From the NCBI GenBank assembly GCA_017499595.2, contig CM038998.1, forward strand, positions 2,790,001-2,854,000: a DNA stretch of 64,000 nucleotides, in the 5' to 3' direction. Below, piece by piece: positions 12,587-23,755 of this stretch (position 1 is its first letter; each line of letters begins with the position of its first letter). Source of the DNA: Psilocybe cubensis. Its lineage: Eukaryota. Below the pieces are notes generated by a model. The model saw only the letters and a list, made by a program, of their open reading frames with translations, was not told the DNA's origin and ran no database searches. The translations under genes were made by a program, and so were the position numbers.

Positions 12587-12768
12587 AAAAGCAAGTTGCG
12601 GGAGGAGTACGAAGCGAAATGAGGAAGTGACAGGAGAGGCAACGAGTATATGACAACAATTGAGTATCAAGGTAAGCACAAGGCTTTCCTCGTTCGGCCA
12701 TGATGCTGCTTTCATATCCGTGAGAGATTATTCCCAATTCGGCCCGAGCGGGCCATTCAACTCTTCCT

Positions 12769-12910
12769 TGTCACGGGCAAGGACAGGATTCGAAGACAAC
12801 AGGGAAAACGTGTTGATTCGACAAGGAACAAAGGTGCGTAATCTACGAACTAAATACTAGACGGTGCTTGGACCTGTGCACGGACTAGGGTCACGGTCTA
12901 AACCGTGACA
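12769..12910 (-). repeat. 3' LTR (142 bp)
   Basis: TGTCACGG...CCGTGACA 8-bp terminal inverted repeats; identical by eye to 18318-18459. Confidence 0.95.
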
Positions 12911-12924
12911 TCATCTCCCCTTTT
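12911..12924 (-). other. Polypurine tract (AAAAGGGGAGATGA)
   Basis: Purine run abutting the 3' LTR on the element's sense strand; overlaps the pol stop codon. Confidence 0.9.
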
Positions 12925-15900
12925 ATGCGGCATCTGGGGAAGGTCGAGGACGAGATATACGACCAGAACGAAGGGTGGTAAAAGGAGGGGGTACATAAGA
13001 ACTACGGAGGTTGTTACGAACAGGAGGAGGGGTAGTCGGACGGATGTGTGAAATAGAATCAGAAGGAATGGAAGGGTTTGAATTGTTTTCCTCGGGTACC
13101 GTCGGATTGTCCATGTTGTGGAGGTTACGGTCGAAATCGAAAGTATGAGGGTGTGGTGCACGAGGATGCCGACGGTGGAATCGAGTTAAAAGTTCGTTAT
13201 AAGATGTAGGAATATCAGAAAGTGGAATCCAAGAATCTTCGGAGTCAGAAGAATTTTGCCATCGCACGAGATACTCGTAACGATGACCTACTTTACGACA
13301 ATCAAGGAAGGAAGAAATAGATAATGCGGGGTCATCCGCGAGAACAAAAGGGTCAGGCGAAGCATGGGGGTGGAATTCAGAAGGGTCAGAGTAAGGTTCA
13401 AGAAGCGAAGTATGAAAAACGGGATGTAAACGCGAAAGATAGGGCGGAAGTTTTAAAAGATAAGAATCATTTCCTATTTCTCGAATAACGGGATACGGTC
13501 CCAGGCGACGGTGATCGAGCTTCAACGAAGGGCGCGTGGTACGGATGTTACGACGAAGGAGCCAAACGAGCTGATCAGGGGCGTACTTTGGCGAAGGGAG
13601 AACTTTACGATCAAAAGTTTCCTTCTGACGTTCCTGAGCAAACTGAAGTTCGGCCTTGAGTTCTTGATGAATAACGTCGAGACGTTTGGCTAAGTCTTCA
13701 GCAGCTGGCACCGTAGAAATCTCTGCAATTTGAGGAGAAAAGGTGGGATGATAAGCATAGTTGGCATAAAAAGGTGTTTGTTTGGTCGAAGAATTAACTG
13801 TGTTGTTGAAAACGAACTCGGCGAGTGGTAAGTAATCAACCCAATCATCTTGTTGATAGGAGCAGTATGCACGAAGGTATGTCTCGAGTGACTGATTCGT
13901 CCGTTCAGTAAGACCGTCTGTACGGGGATGATAGGCAGTGGAATGACGAGTTTTAATGTCAAGACGAGACATCAGAGCTTTCCAGAAGTTTGAGACAAAC
14001 AGTGAACCTCGATCCGAGATGATTGAGTCCGGCAGACCATGATAACGAAGTATGCGATCGACAAATAACCACGCAAGATCAGGGGCGGAAATTGTTTCAT
14101 TGCATGGTATGAAATGAGCGGCACGGGTAAGACGATCGCAAACAACCCAAATCGAGTCATAATTGTGGGATTTGGGTAATTTGACGATGAAATCCATCGA
14201 AATAGACTTCCATGGACGCGTAGGAATGTCGAGGGGTTTCAAGAGACCGTAAGGCTTGTGGCGTGGAATCTTGATACGATTACATACGTCGCACGCTTGA
14301 ACATAGCGGCGGATATATGTCTGGACTCCAGGCCAATTGTAGTCACGAAGGACATTACTGGCAGTCAGGGTGCGACCGGGATGACCACTAAGCACACAAT
14401 CATGGCGCTGGTAGAGGATTTCAGCACGCAAGGACTGTGGAACAAAGACACGACCTTTATAAAAAATGATATCATCCTTGACAGAGAAATCCGGGTTTCC
14501 ATGAACGAGTGCTTCGCGCCATTCTGTATCCTCTCGATAGGCCGCCTGGAAACGCTGTAAAAGTTCGGAATTGTCAATAGAAAGGGTTGTAATTGTGGAA
14601 CTAGTAGCAGAAATTGAAATTGTAGGGGTAGGACGAGGAATGGGTGAAGAAAAAGAATGAATGCGTTGAAGATGGTAGGGTGTGAGAAGTGTTTTATTCT
14701 GGGCGACAGAGACGTCATCTCCCCTTTTGGGCTCAAAATCGGGTCGTCGAGAAGGTCCATCGGCTGGATTTTGTAAACCTGGTTTCCAGTCGAGTTGAAA
14801 ATCGAATTCCGAGAGAAACATTGACCAGCGGGCTTGGCGACGATTCAGAACATGGGTATTCATGAAGTATTCCAGATTTTTGTGGTCGCAAAATACTGAA
14901 ATTGGATGAGTAGTACCCATGAGCCAAGCGCGCATATCTCGGAACGAGTCGACAATGGCAAGAAGTTCTTTGTCGTGGACTTCGTAATTGATTTCCGCAG
15001 GGGAGAATTTTCTAGAATAAAAGGCCACAGGGTGGAGAAGACCATCTTTGTCAGGTTGTTGAAGAATACCAGAAAGAGCGAAGTCAGAAGCGTCGGTAGA
15101 AAGAGTGGCAGGTTTGGAAGGATCAAAATGACGTAAAACAGGGTAAGAAGTAAAAGAACGTTTCAAAGTTTCAAAAGCATTTCTTTCGACGTCGGTCCAA
15201 TGAAAAGAAACATTTTTCCGAGTCAAACGATGAAGAGGAAGGGCAATATCTGCATAATGATCAACAAAACGACGGTAAAAATTACAAAATCCAAGAAAAA
15301 CTTGCACATCATGAGTAGAACGAGGTACAGGCCACTCGGCTATCGTGGCAAGCTTCTTAGGGTTCATCTTGATGCCGTCAGCACCAATCAAATACCCCAA
15401 GTACTCAACCTCGGACTTGTCAAATTCACACTTCTTCGGATTAGCGAATAGGCGTGCATCTTTCAAGCGGTCGAGAACGAGCTTGACCTGCATATCGTGT
15501 TCCTCCTGAGTGCGAGAAAATATCAAAATATCATCAAGATAAACAACACAAAATACACCTATAAAATCGCGAAGGGTGTCTTGAATAAAAGCTTGAAAAA
15601 CGGATGGAGCATTGGTAAGACCAAAAGGCATGACAAGGTACTCGTAAAGGCCGAGAGCTGTCCGAAATGCAGTCTTCCACTCATCACCTTCCTTAATGCG
15701 AATCAGATTGAATGCATTTTTAAGGTCGATGACAGTGAATAATTTGCAACCTTGAGTACGATCGAGGAGGTCGTCAATGTGAGGAAGAGGGTAGCGGTTC
15801 TTTTTGGTGATCGCATTCAGCCCGCGGTAATCTACACATAAGCGTAAATCACCCGTCTTCTTGCGAACAAAAAGAATAGGAGAGGCGGCGGAGGATGTAG

Positions 15901-17119
15901 ATCGACGAATAAAGCCTTTTTTGAGATTGTCTTCGATGTACATCGACAAGGCTTTTTGTTCATCCTGGGTTAAACGATACATTGGGCCAAATGGAGGTTC
16001 CTTTCCTTCTTCAATCTCGATTGCACAGTCGTAAGGACGATGAGGAGGTAATTCGTCTACGGCTGTTGGTGAAAAGACTGAATTGGCCCAGGGAAAGTAC
16101 TTTGCAGGAAGTGGTGAGTCGGCTGGAATGGGAGGCGGTTCGGAAATGTCGTCGATAGAAGGTGAAGGTGAGAGGTTAGTAGCGGCAATGTAGGCGGGAG
16201 AATCGGGGGAATGAACACGGAGGAGGCAGACTTGTTGATTTTTTGAATACTTTTTGAAGCGGTTGATGTTGAGGAGTTTGATTTTTGGTTTCGGGTTCAT
16301 GGTGATGTCATCGAGGTTGGAGCGACCGTAGCCAGTCCATCGGGTCATGAAGCTGAGGAACGAAGGTGCGGGAGGGTTACTGGGTGTGGAAGAGGAAGAG
16401 GATTGGGGAGGTGGTGATGGTGATAAGACAGAGGAAAACCAAGGTGAGTCGGCGCGTAGACCAAGGCCTAGCCCTACTCGGGATACAGAACAAGCTTGAA
16501 CAAAACTAGAACTAGAATGACTGTCGAGACCAAAGCCTCTAGGTCGAACTGAAACTCTGTTACTACGAGAAAGATTGCAACAAGATAAAGAAATAAGTGG
16601 ATCAGACCAGTCGACTGCAGGGTTATGACGACGCAGCCAATCTAGTCCTAGAATAATGGGAAATGCTACAGATACTACTGAAAGTGCAATGTTCTCAGAA
16701 TGTTTATCAACAGAAAGATTTGTGAATACATCTTGTGTGACTAGACCCGAAGCAATTGGGCGGTCGTCAACAGCAAGTATTGGAACAGGAACAGGTTTTA
16801 AACGGCGTGGAAGAGAATAACGAGTGGCAAAACGGTCAGAAATACACGAATCTGTGCAACCAGAATCGATTAAGGCATAAGTATGAATGGGTTTGTGATT
16901 CGGAAAAGATAAAGTAACGTTAATAAAGAAATGAGCAGGCGAAATTGAAGCAGAAGAATGGGCAGAAGAGAAAACATAAACAGGAGCAGGAAGACGAACT
17001 GGTAACCAGCGTCCGTCAGAACAACGAACGTGGCTGGCCGCCGAAATGGTCTGATGGGCCCTCTCATCTTTTTCCGGCAGCTCAAGGGCCAACGAAGAAC
17101 TACCGGTCAGGCTTTTCCC
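12923..17119 (-). CDS. pol: Retrotransposon Pol (protease, reverse transcriptase, RNase H, integrase, chromodomain), expressed by -1 frameshift from gag
   Basis: ALIDSGCT (PR); LRLCVDYRGLN, MPFGLTNAP, VYLDDILIFS (RT); TDASDF, DHKNL (RH); H..GH..C..C, SDRG, TERTN (IN); GPY; YEYLVRW..DSW (chromodomain). ORF 12923-17218 has no internal stop. Confidence 0.95.
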   Translation of the reverse strand, partial: GKSLTGSSSLALELPEKDERAHQTISAASHVRCSDGRWLPVRLPAPVYVFSSAHSSASISPAHFFINVTLSFPNHKPIHTYALIDSGCTDSCISDRFATRYSLPRRLKPVPVPILAVDDRPIASGLVTQDVFTNLSVDKHSENIALSVVSVAFPIILGLDWLRRHNPAVDWSDPLISLSCCNLSRSNRVSVRPRGFGLDSHSSSSFVQACSVSRVGLGLGLRADSPWFSSVLSPSPPPQSSSSSTPSNPPAPSFLSFMTRWTGYGRSNLDDITMNPKPKIKLLNINRFKKYSKNQQVCLLRVHSPDSPAYIAATNLSPSPSIDDISEPPPIPADSPLPAKYFPWANSVFSPTAVDELPPHRPYDCAIEIEEGKEPPFGPMYRLTQDEQKALSMYIEDNLKKGFIRRSTSSAASPILFVRKKTGDLRLCVDYRGLNAITKKNRYPLPHIDDLLDRTQGCKLFTVIDLKNAFNLIRIKEGDEWKTAFRTALGLYEYLVMPFGLTNAPSVFQAFIQDTLRDFIGVFCVVYLDDILIFSRTQEEHDMQVKLVLDRLKDARLFANPKKCEFDKSEVEYLGYLIGADGIKMNPKKLATIAEWPVPRSTHDVQVFLGFCNFYRRFVDHYADIALPLHRLTRKNVSFHWTDVERNAFETLKRSFTSYPVLRHFDPSKPATLSTDASDFALSGILQQPDKDGLLHPVAFYSRKFSPAEINYEVHDKELLAIVDSFRDMRAWLMGTTHPISVFCDHKNLEYFMNTHVLNRRQARWSMFLSEFDFQLDWKPGLQNPADGPSRRPDFEPKRGDDVSVAQNKTLLTPYHLQRIHSFSSPIPRPTPTISISATSSTITTLSIDNSELLQRFQAAYREDTEWREALVHGNPDFSVKDDIIFYKGRVFVPQSLRAEILYQRHDCVLSGHPGRTLTASNVLRDYNWPGVQTYIRRYVQACDVCNRIKIPRHKPYGLLKPLDIPTRPWKSISMDFIVKLPKSHNYDSIWVVCDRLTRAAHFIPCNETISAPDLAWLFVDRILRYHGLPDSIISDRGSLFVSNFWKALMSRLDIKTRHSTAYHPRTDGLTERTNQSLETYLRAYCSYQQDDWVDYLPLAEFVFNNTVNSSTKQTPFYANYAYHPTFSPQIAEISTVPAAEDLAKRLDVIHQELKAELQFAQERQKETFDRKVLPSPKYAPDQLVWLLRRNIRTTRPSLKLDHRRLGPYPVIREIGNDSYLLKLPPYLSRLHPVFHTSLLEPYSDPSEFHPHASPDPFVLADDPALSISSFLDCRKVGHRYEYLVRWQNSSDSEDSWIPLSDIPTSYNELLTRFHRRHPRAPHPHTFDFDRNLHNMDNPTVPEENNSNPSIPSDSISHIRPTTPPPVRNNLRSSYVPPPFTTLRSGRISRPRPSPDAA
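17057..17119 (-). promoter_or_regulatory. -1 ribosomal frameshift signal: slippery G GGA AAA plus H-type pseudoknot
   Basis: Heptamer at 17119-17113 in the gag frame, 6-nt spacer, stem 1 CCGGUAGUUC/GAGCUGCCGG, stem 2 GGCCCU/AGGGCC. Pol is in the -1 frame relative to gag. Confidence 0.8.
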
Positions 17120-18201
17120 GACGAGGGAGCAGCCTTTCTCTTCTCCTTCGACTTTGCTTTTGCTGATTTGTTGGGACAATTTGCAGCCAAATGTTGTCCT
17201 TGTCCGCAATACAAACAAAGATGCTCGTTAAGACGACGTTGACGTTCTTCGGACGTAATGCCTCGACGCATAGCATCAACTTCCATGGGCACAACATCCG
17301 GGTTGCTAGACGTAGATGCATGTTGAGGAGGAGCGATGATGGAATGGTTTGAGAAGGAATTTCTTTTGGGTACAAAGGACGAGTTTGCTCTGCGATTAAG
17401 TGAGAGTTCATGAAGTTCATTGTCGATAACAATACATAGCTTGTAAAACTCCACAAATTTCTCCGTAAAATATCGCCCTTTGCGATTTACCAAGGTATCC
17501 TGCACCGTATCCTTCAATCCATCGAAGTAGTGCTGAATTTTCGTCTGATCGGTCCAGTTAAGCTCACTGACAAGTTCGAGAAAGCGCGAAGTGTAATCGG
17601 CGGCGGAACCGGTTTGTCGAAGCTTGCGCAACTTGCGTAAAGCTTTAGCATAACGATCCGGCTCGTCGAAGTGTTCAATAAAGTCCTTGACAAGTAACTC
17701 GAAGTTGTCAAGGAGTCCACGTTTCTCAGGCGAGCGTTCGACCGTAGTGTACCAGCTTGTCGGAGTGCCATCTGCAAGGTACAATGCAAAATATTGACAC
17801 TTCGCAAGTTCGGTCGAGAACGCATTAGCTTGGAGGTTGAGTGCGTAACGAATCTCGCGCAGGAAAGGTTCGACTTCATCAGCCTTCCCGTTAAATTTGC
17901 GCGGTTCACGGAACTTGGGTACACTCGAACTGGCCGCGGCTGGGCGTGAAAGCGTCAAGCGTTCCATCATTGCATTGAGAACGGCATTGGTAGCAGCCGT
18001 GCTTTCGGTTTGATGTCGCACGAAACTGTCCATGTTTGTTCCCAAAGCAAAGATGCTTCGATACAACACATCTCGCTCATGATCGACGGAAGAGAATGGT
18101 GATTGGTTGGAGGTTTGTTGACTTTCTGAGGGTTGTTGAGGGTTGAGAGTTGGATATTCAAAGGGAGGGAGTGAAGAGGATGACTGGGGATTCTGAGACA
18201 T
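17107..18201 (-). CDS. gag: Retrotransposon Gag with CCHC zinc knuckle
   Basis: PRKFNG, LRQTGSAADYTSRF, VPMEVD and CLYCGQGQHLAANC; 364-aa intact ORF. Confidence 0.93.
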   Translation of the reverse strand: MSQNPQSSSSLPPFEYPTLNPQQPSESQQTSNQSPFSSVDHERDVLYRSIFALGTNMDSFVRHQTESTAATNAVLNAMMERLTLSRPAAASSSVPKFREPRKFNGKADEVEPFLREIRYALNLQANAFSTELAKCQYFALYLADGTPTSWYTTVERSPEKRGLLDNFELLVKDFIEHFDEPDRYAKALRKLRKLRQTGSAADYTSRFLELVSELNWTDQTKIQHYFDGLKDTVQDTLVNRKGRYFTEKFVEFYKLCIVIDNELHELSLNRRANSSFVPKRNSFSNHSIIAPPQHASTSSNPDVVPMEVDAMRRGITSEERQRRLNEHLCLYCGQGQHLAANCPNKSAKAKSKEKRKAAPSSGKA

Positions 18202-18305
18202 TGTTGATTGTACACGGTTGGGCAGGTTTTCGTGGGAAAGAAGATAATATAAACTGGGGTAAGTTAAATTAGACTGAATACAAAGTTGTCAAGAATATGT
18301 TAGTG

Positions 18306-18315
18306 GTCGAATCAA
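18306..18315 (-). other. Non-tRNA primer-binding site complementary to the LTR (self-priming)
   Basis: Sense TTGATTCGAC starts 2 nt after the 5' LTR, lacks the TGG of tRNA PBSs and is the exact complement of LTR GTCGAATCAA (18371-18362). Confidence 0.7.
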
Positions 18316-18317
18316 AC

Positions 18318-18459
18318 TGTCACGGGCAAGGACAGGATTCGAAGACAACAGGGAAAACGTGTTGATTCGACAAGGAACAAAGGTGCGTAATCTACGAACT
18401 AAATACTAGACGGTGCTTGGACCTGTGCACGGACTAGGGTCACGGTCTAAACCGTGACA
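18318..18459 (-). repeat. 5' LTR (142 bp)
   Basis: Identical to 12769-12910; flanked by TSD TTCCT. Confidence 0.95.
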
Positions 18460-18645
18460 TTCCTCTAATCCATCGGGAGATCTAACTACTCGAAAAATTT
18501 ATCAATTTTACATCGGAAACCCCTGCCATGTCGTGGCGGAGCTGCCCCCTTTACAAGAGGTCTCAAGATTATCGGTAACGCTTTGAAGAGCTCAACTGTA
18601 ATCCCAAATTGAATACAAGTGTCTACGGATGTACAATACTCACAC

Positions 18646-20580
<1,935 letters not shown>

Positions 20581-20801
20581 GATGGGCGAACTGTTTTGGA
20601 GGAATCCAAGAGGAAGTTGAAGAGACAGGCGATGAGCAAAAAGTGATCGGGCACCAATCACTATGAATTACTTTAAAACACCGGAAGCTAGCCGGAAGGG
20701 GCAAGTAGCCGGTAATTACACTCATTTCATAGTCGATCCTCCATGGTTGGACTTCTACCTCATAACCTCTGCATTTTGGAATCCTAGTACCCTTGTTCGA
20801 T

Positions 20802-21763
20802 ATGCTCACCTCTTCGCCAGCAGTTAAATCTGCCAACAAAGTATACATCTTCTGTGCAATTGACCCCCAGTATTGACTTCGGCGCGTCTATCAGGCTTCT
20901 ACATCTACACTTGCTCGCTCAGTTAGCGCCTCATACGATATCCCATCTCTGTATGACCGTGCATTCTCGTACCTGGACACACCTTATTTTGCTTCCGTAC
21001 AGTTCTCCATTGCTCCAAGTTCTCCACTCGAGTCATCTTAACCAAAATCAGCGGGATTCGGTATGGAGGGTGTTTGAAGATAATATGTATTCATTGTATG
21101 TCCACAATGGGGTTTTAACGTTTTGGTTCAATTTACATGGCTTTAAGATACGAAAACTCCTCTTTTGGCTGGGATCCCGATTCGAAACGTAAAGAGCTAT
21201 TCGACAAGCTTTCCCGTTTCATTCTTGTCTACAAGGAAGGCAGCACTGAGCTTCTGGCCTTCGTCATGTTTCGATTTGAGTTTGAGGTGGACGAAGATGT
21301 AATATACTGGCAAGTGCTTATACTTTGCGCGCATAAGAAATATTCCAACCTCAAAGGTTATTTAGCTATGACATACAGGTTGCATCCTCTGCTCAAGGAG
21401 TGAGCCTCGGTCGACGACTCATAGGCGAGCTAGAGACACTGTGCAGAATGTACAAGATGAAGAAGATCATGCTTACTGTGTTGAAGGGTGAGCATTCAAT
21501 GTCTGCAATGCTTATGCATTTGTCTAATTTAAGTGCCAACACGATTGTAGCAAATTCCAGAGCGTTGGAATTTTACAAAGCCGTGGGGTATGTAGTCAAA
21601 GTGTTCTGTGAATGTGAACATATATCTAAGCCTGCCTCCAAGTTTTACTATGGATCCCACCTCACCTGGTTATGTGGACAGTGATGCAGAGGAAGAGTCA
21701 GAATCTGGGTCAGAGCAAGAAATTGTTGACTATGAGATATTGTCTAAATTGATCCTTCCTTGA
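20802..21763 (+). CDS. NAT4: N-alpha-acetyltransferase 40 (histone H4/H2A Nat4-like GNAT)
   Basis: SSFGWDP..KRKEL, FVMFRFEFE, VIYCYDIQV (via GC-AG intron 21310-21365), MLTVLK, FYKAVG, DPTSP, YEILSK. Start approximate. Confidence 0.8.
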
Positions 21764-21975
21764 CATAAATTGAGACTTGAAGGCATCAAGTTTATGTATT
21801 CTAAATTTAGTCACAATGTAATTTCGTTGAGGCTGTTTGGTGTTGCTTGGCTGGGGCGTTAGGCAGAGCCCGGGACTGGGATGGACAGAGTCATTGCTTG
21901 AAACAGTGATAGCACTCGCTATTTAAACGACTTTGACTTCTCTCCAATCCTCCTCATTTCATTCCCGTCGCGCTC

Positions 21976-22429
21976 ATGCTGTCATCCTCGTCACTGGTGC
22001 GAGGACTTCGTGCAAGTTCATCTCGCATACAATGCAAACGATTTGCGTCGCATGAGGCTCCGCAATACAATGAACCTTCAGGATGGCTTTTTGGGGAGAA
22101 GGTAATTGTAGCATCTTGTATTCGACATATCAAACGTCTCTGACAGTCTTTCACCACAGCCTCCACCACCCGGGCAGAAGAGAGTGAAGGAGGACTGGGA
22201 AAATGTGTGGTATATTGGGATGTTCGGCACCATGGCGTTCGCCACTGTTATGCTTTACTACAAGCCTGACACCAGGTATGTGCTCATTATTATTCTTGTC
22301 CGACTATCAGCTCAAGATATCCATTATAGCGTGCAGTCATGGGCGCTCCAAGAAGCCAAAGAAAGAATGGAGGCTCGCGGCGAGAAATACCAATACGAAC
22401 CTCAGCCGTCACCGCCTTCTACATCTTAA
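21976..22429 (+). CDS. NADH:ubiquinone oxidoreductase ESSS subunit (NDUFB11-like)
   Basis: Mitochondrial presequence, YNEPSGWLFGEKPPPPGQKRVKEDWE, one TM helix, YKPDT, WALQEAKERME. Confidence 0.85.
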
Positions 22430-22558
22430 TTTCCGACCGTTTCTTAGATTATGCATGAAAGATAGAATGGCCAGAACCACCATCAATTGAAGTTTTATCT
22501 ACACATCTATACTGTCTATATTGGAACCCGGTTGTTAACAACCTCATGCAAGAAGCAA

Positions 22559-23313
22559 TCAATCCTCGTAGGTCGACTTGTATTCTTCGAAGGTCATCAG
22601 CTTGTCCAGCTGCACGAAAATCTGAGCTACAAATCAAGTGATAGAAAGGGAGCGACTTACCTCAGATGGGTCGGAGAGTTTCATTTTGACGAGCCATCCT
22701 ACCTCTATTCAGCACATGCCTAAGAGGTTGTTTGTACCATATGCTCACCTTTATCTTCAGGTGACTTGTTAAGGAGTCCCGGTTGGCCAGAGAGTTCTTC
22801 ATTGATTTCCTCGACGGTCCCGGAAACGGGAGCGTACTTCATATGCGGAATAAGTAGCGCGTGATATTATACAAACGGGATACTGACGATATCTGAAGCG
22901 GCTTTTACGCTTTCAACGGCTCCAAGCTGGTCTGTTTTTTGTCAGTGGACTGAAAGAGTTACAGAAGACAGCTTAATTCTTACCTCCTTGAGAAAATGAA
23001 GTGCCAACAGGAGGCAATTCAACGAACACAACATCCCCTAGAACCGATTGAGCGTGGTCCGTGATGGACACAATGCCAACACCTGTCGCGTCATCATAGT
23101 TCACGACTTCATGTTCCTCAGTATACTTTTTAACTGAGCATGTATGAATGAGAAATTGCATGTATCATCACAACAACGCCAAAAAAACAGACTGTGGAGA
23201 TTTCGGGAATGCATCACTCCGGCACGGAAAGCTTGAGAGGTGGGCAACGCACTCGGCCTGTAAGGCCTCATTGGCACTTTGGCGCGGAGCATAGTTCGCA
23301 GAGCGGATTGCAT
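22559..23313 (-). CDS. GCV3: Glycine cleavage system H protein
   Basis: [26 protein letters not shown], lipoyl motif [27 protein letters not shown]. Confidence 0.92.
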
Positions 23314-23755
23314 CTTGAACGAAAGAGGGTTAAGGTTCAGAGAGCAGTCGTTGGTAGCAGTGAGAGTGGGATGTCCTTCAGGTGGTGCCAAAAGGAAAGT
23401 TGTGGTGCCGCATTGTTCACCGTCGGGTCACCGAGCCAAGATTTCTAGGCCCATTTCGGCAATCGCGGTTCGCATCAAAACCTGCATTAATGGCTCTGGA
23501 AGCACAATGGCTTTGAAAAATTTGCACTCTCAAAACTCTATTGCAGTTTATTGTTCACGTTTGCTCTAAGCAAAGGAAGACTTCAAGGTATACATAAATT
23601 ATATAATTATGGGGAGGGTGAGTAATTATAGGTTGGTATCCTCTCCCAGGCAGAGCAGTCACAGGGCGCCATCGACTCAGAATGAGTACATTATCTACGA
23701 TGTGGGAGTGGGGGCTGCAAATTTATAGGTTGGGATATGTACATATTTTGTTGCT

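Larger units (their letters stand above)
12769..18459 (-). mobile_element. Full-length Ty3/Gypsy LTR retrotransposon (chromovirus, Tf1/sushi-like), 5691 bp
   Basis: Two identical 142-bp LTRs (TG...CA), TSD TTCCT at 12764-12768 and 18460-18464, uninterrupted gag and pol with domain order PR-RT-RH-IN-chromodomain, PPT next to the 3' LTR. Confidence 0.97.

Noticed and set aside
17120-17218. ORF-track start of the 1431-aa Pol at 17218
   Set aside because: Non-ATG start overlapping the gag zinc knuckle; the slippery site and pseudoknot explain pol expression better.
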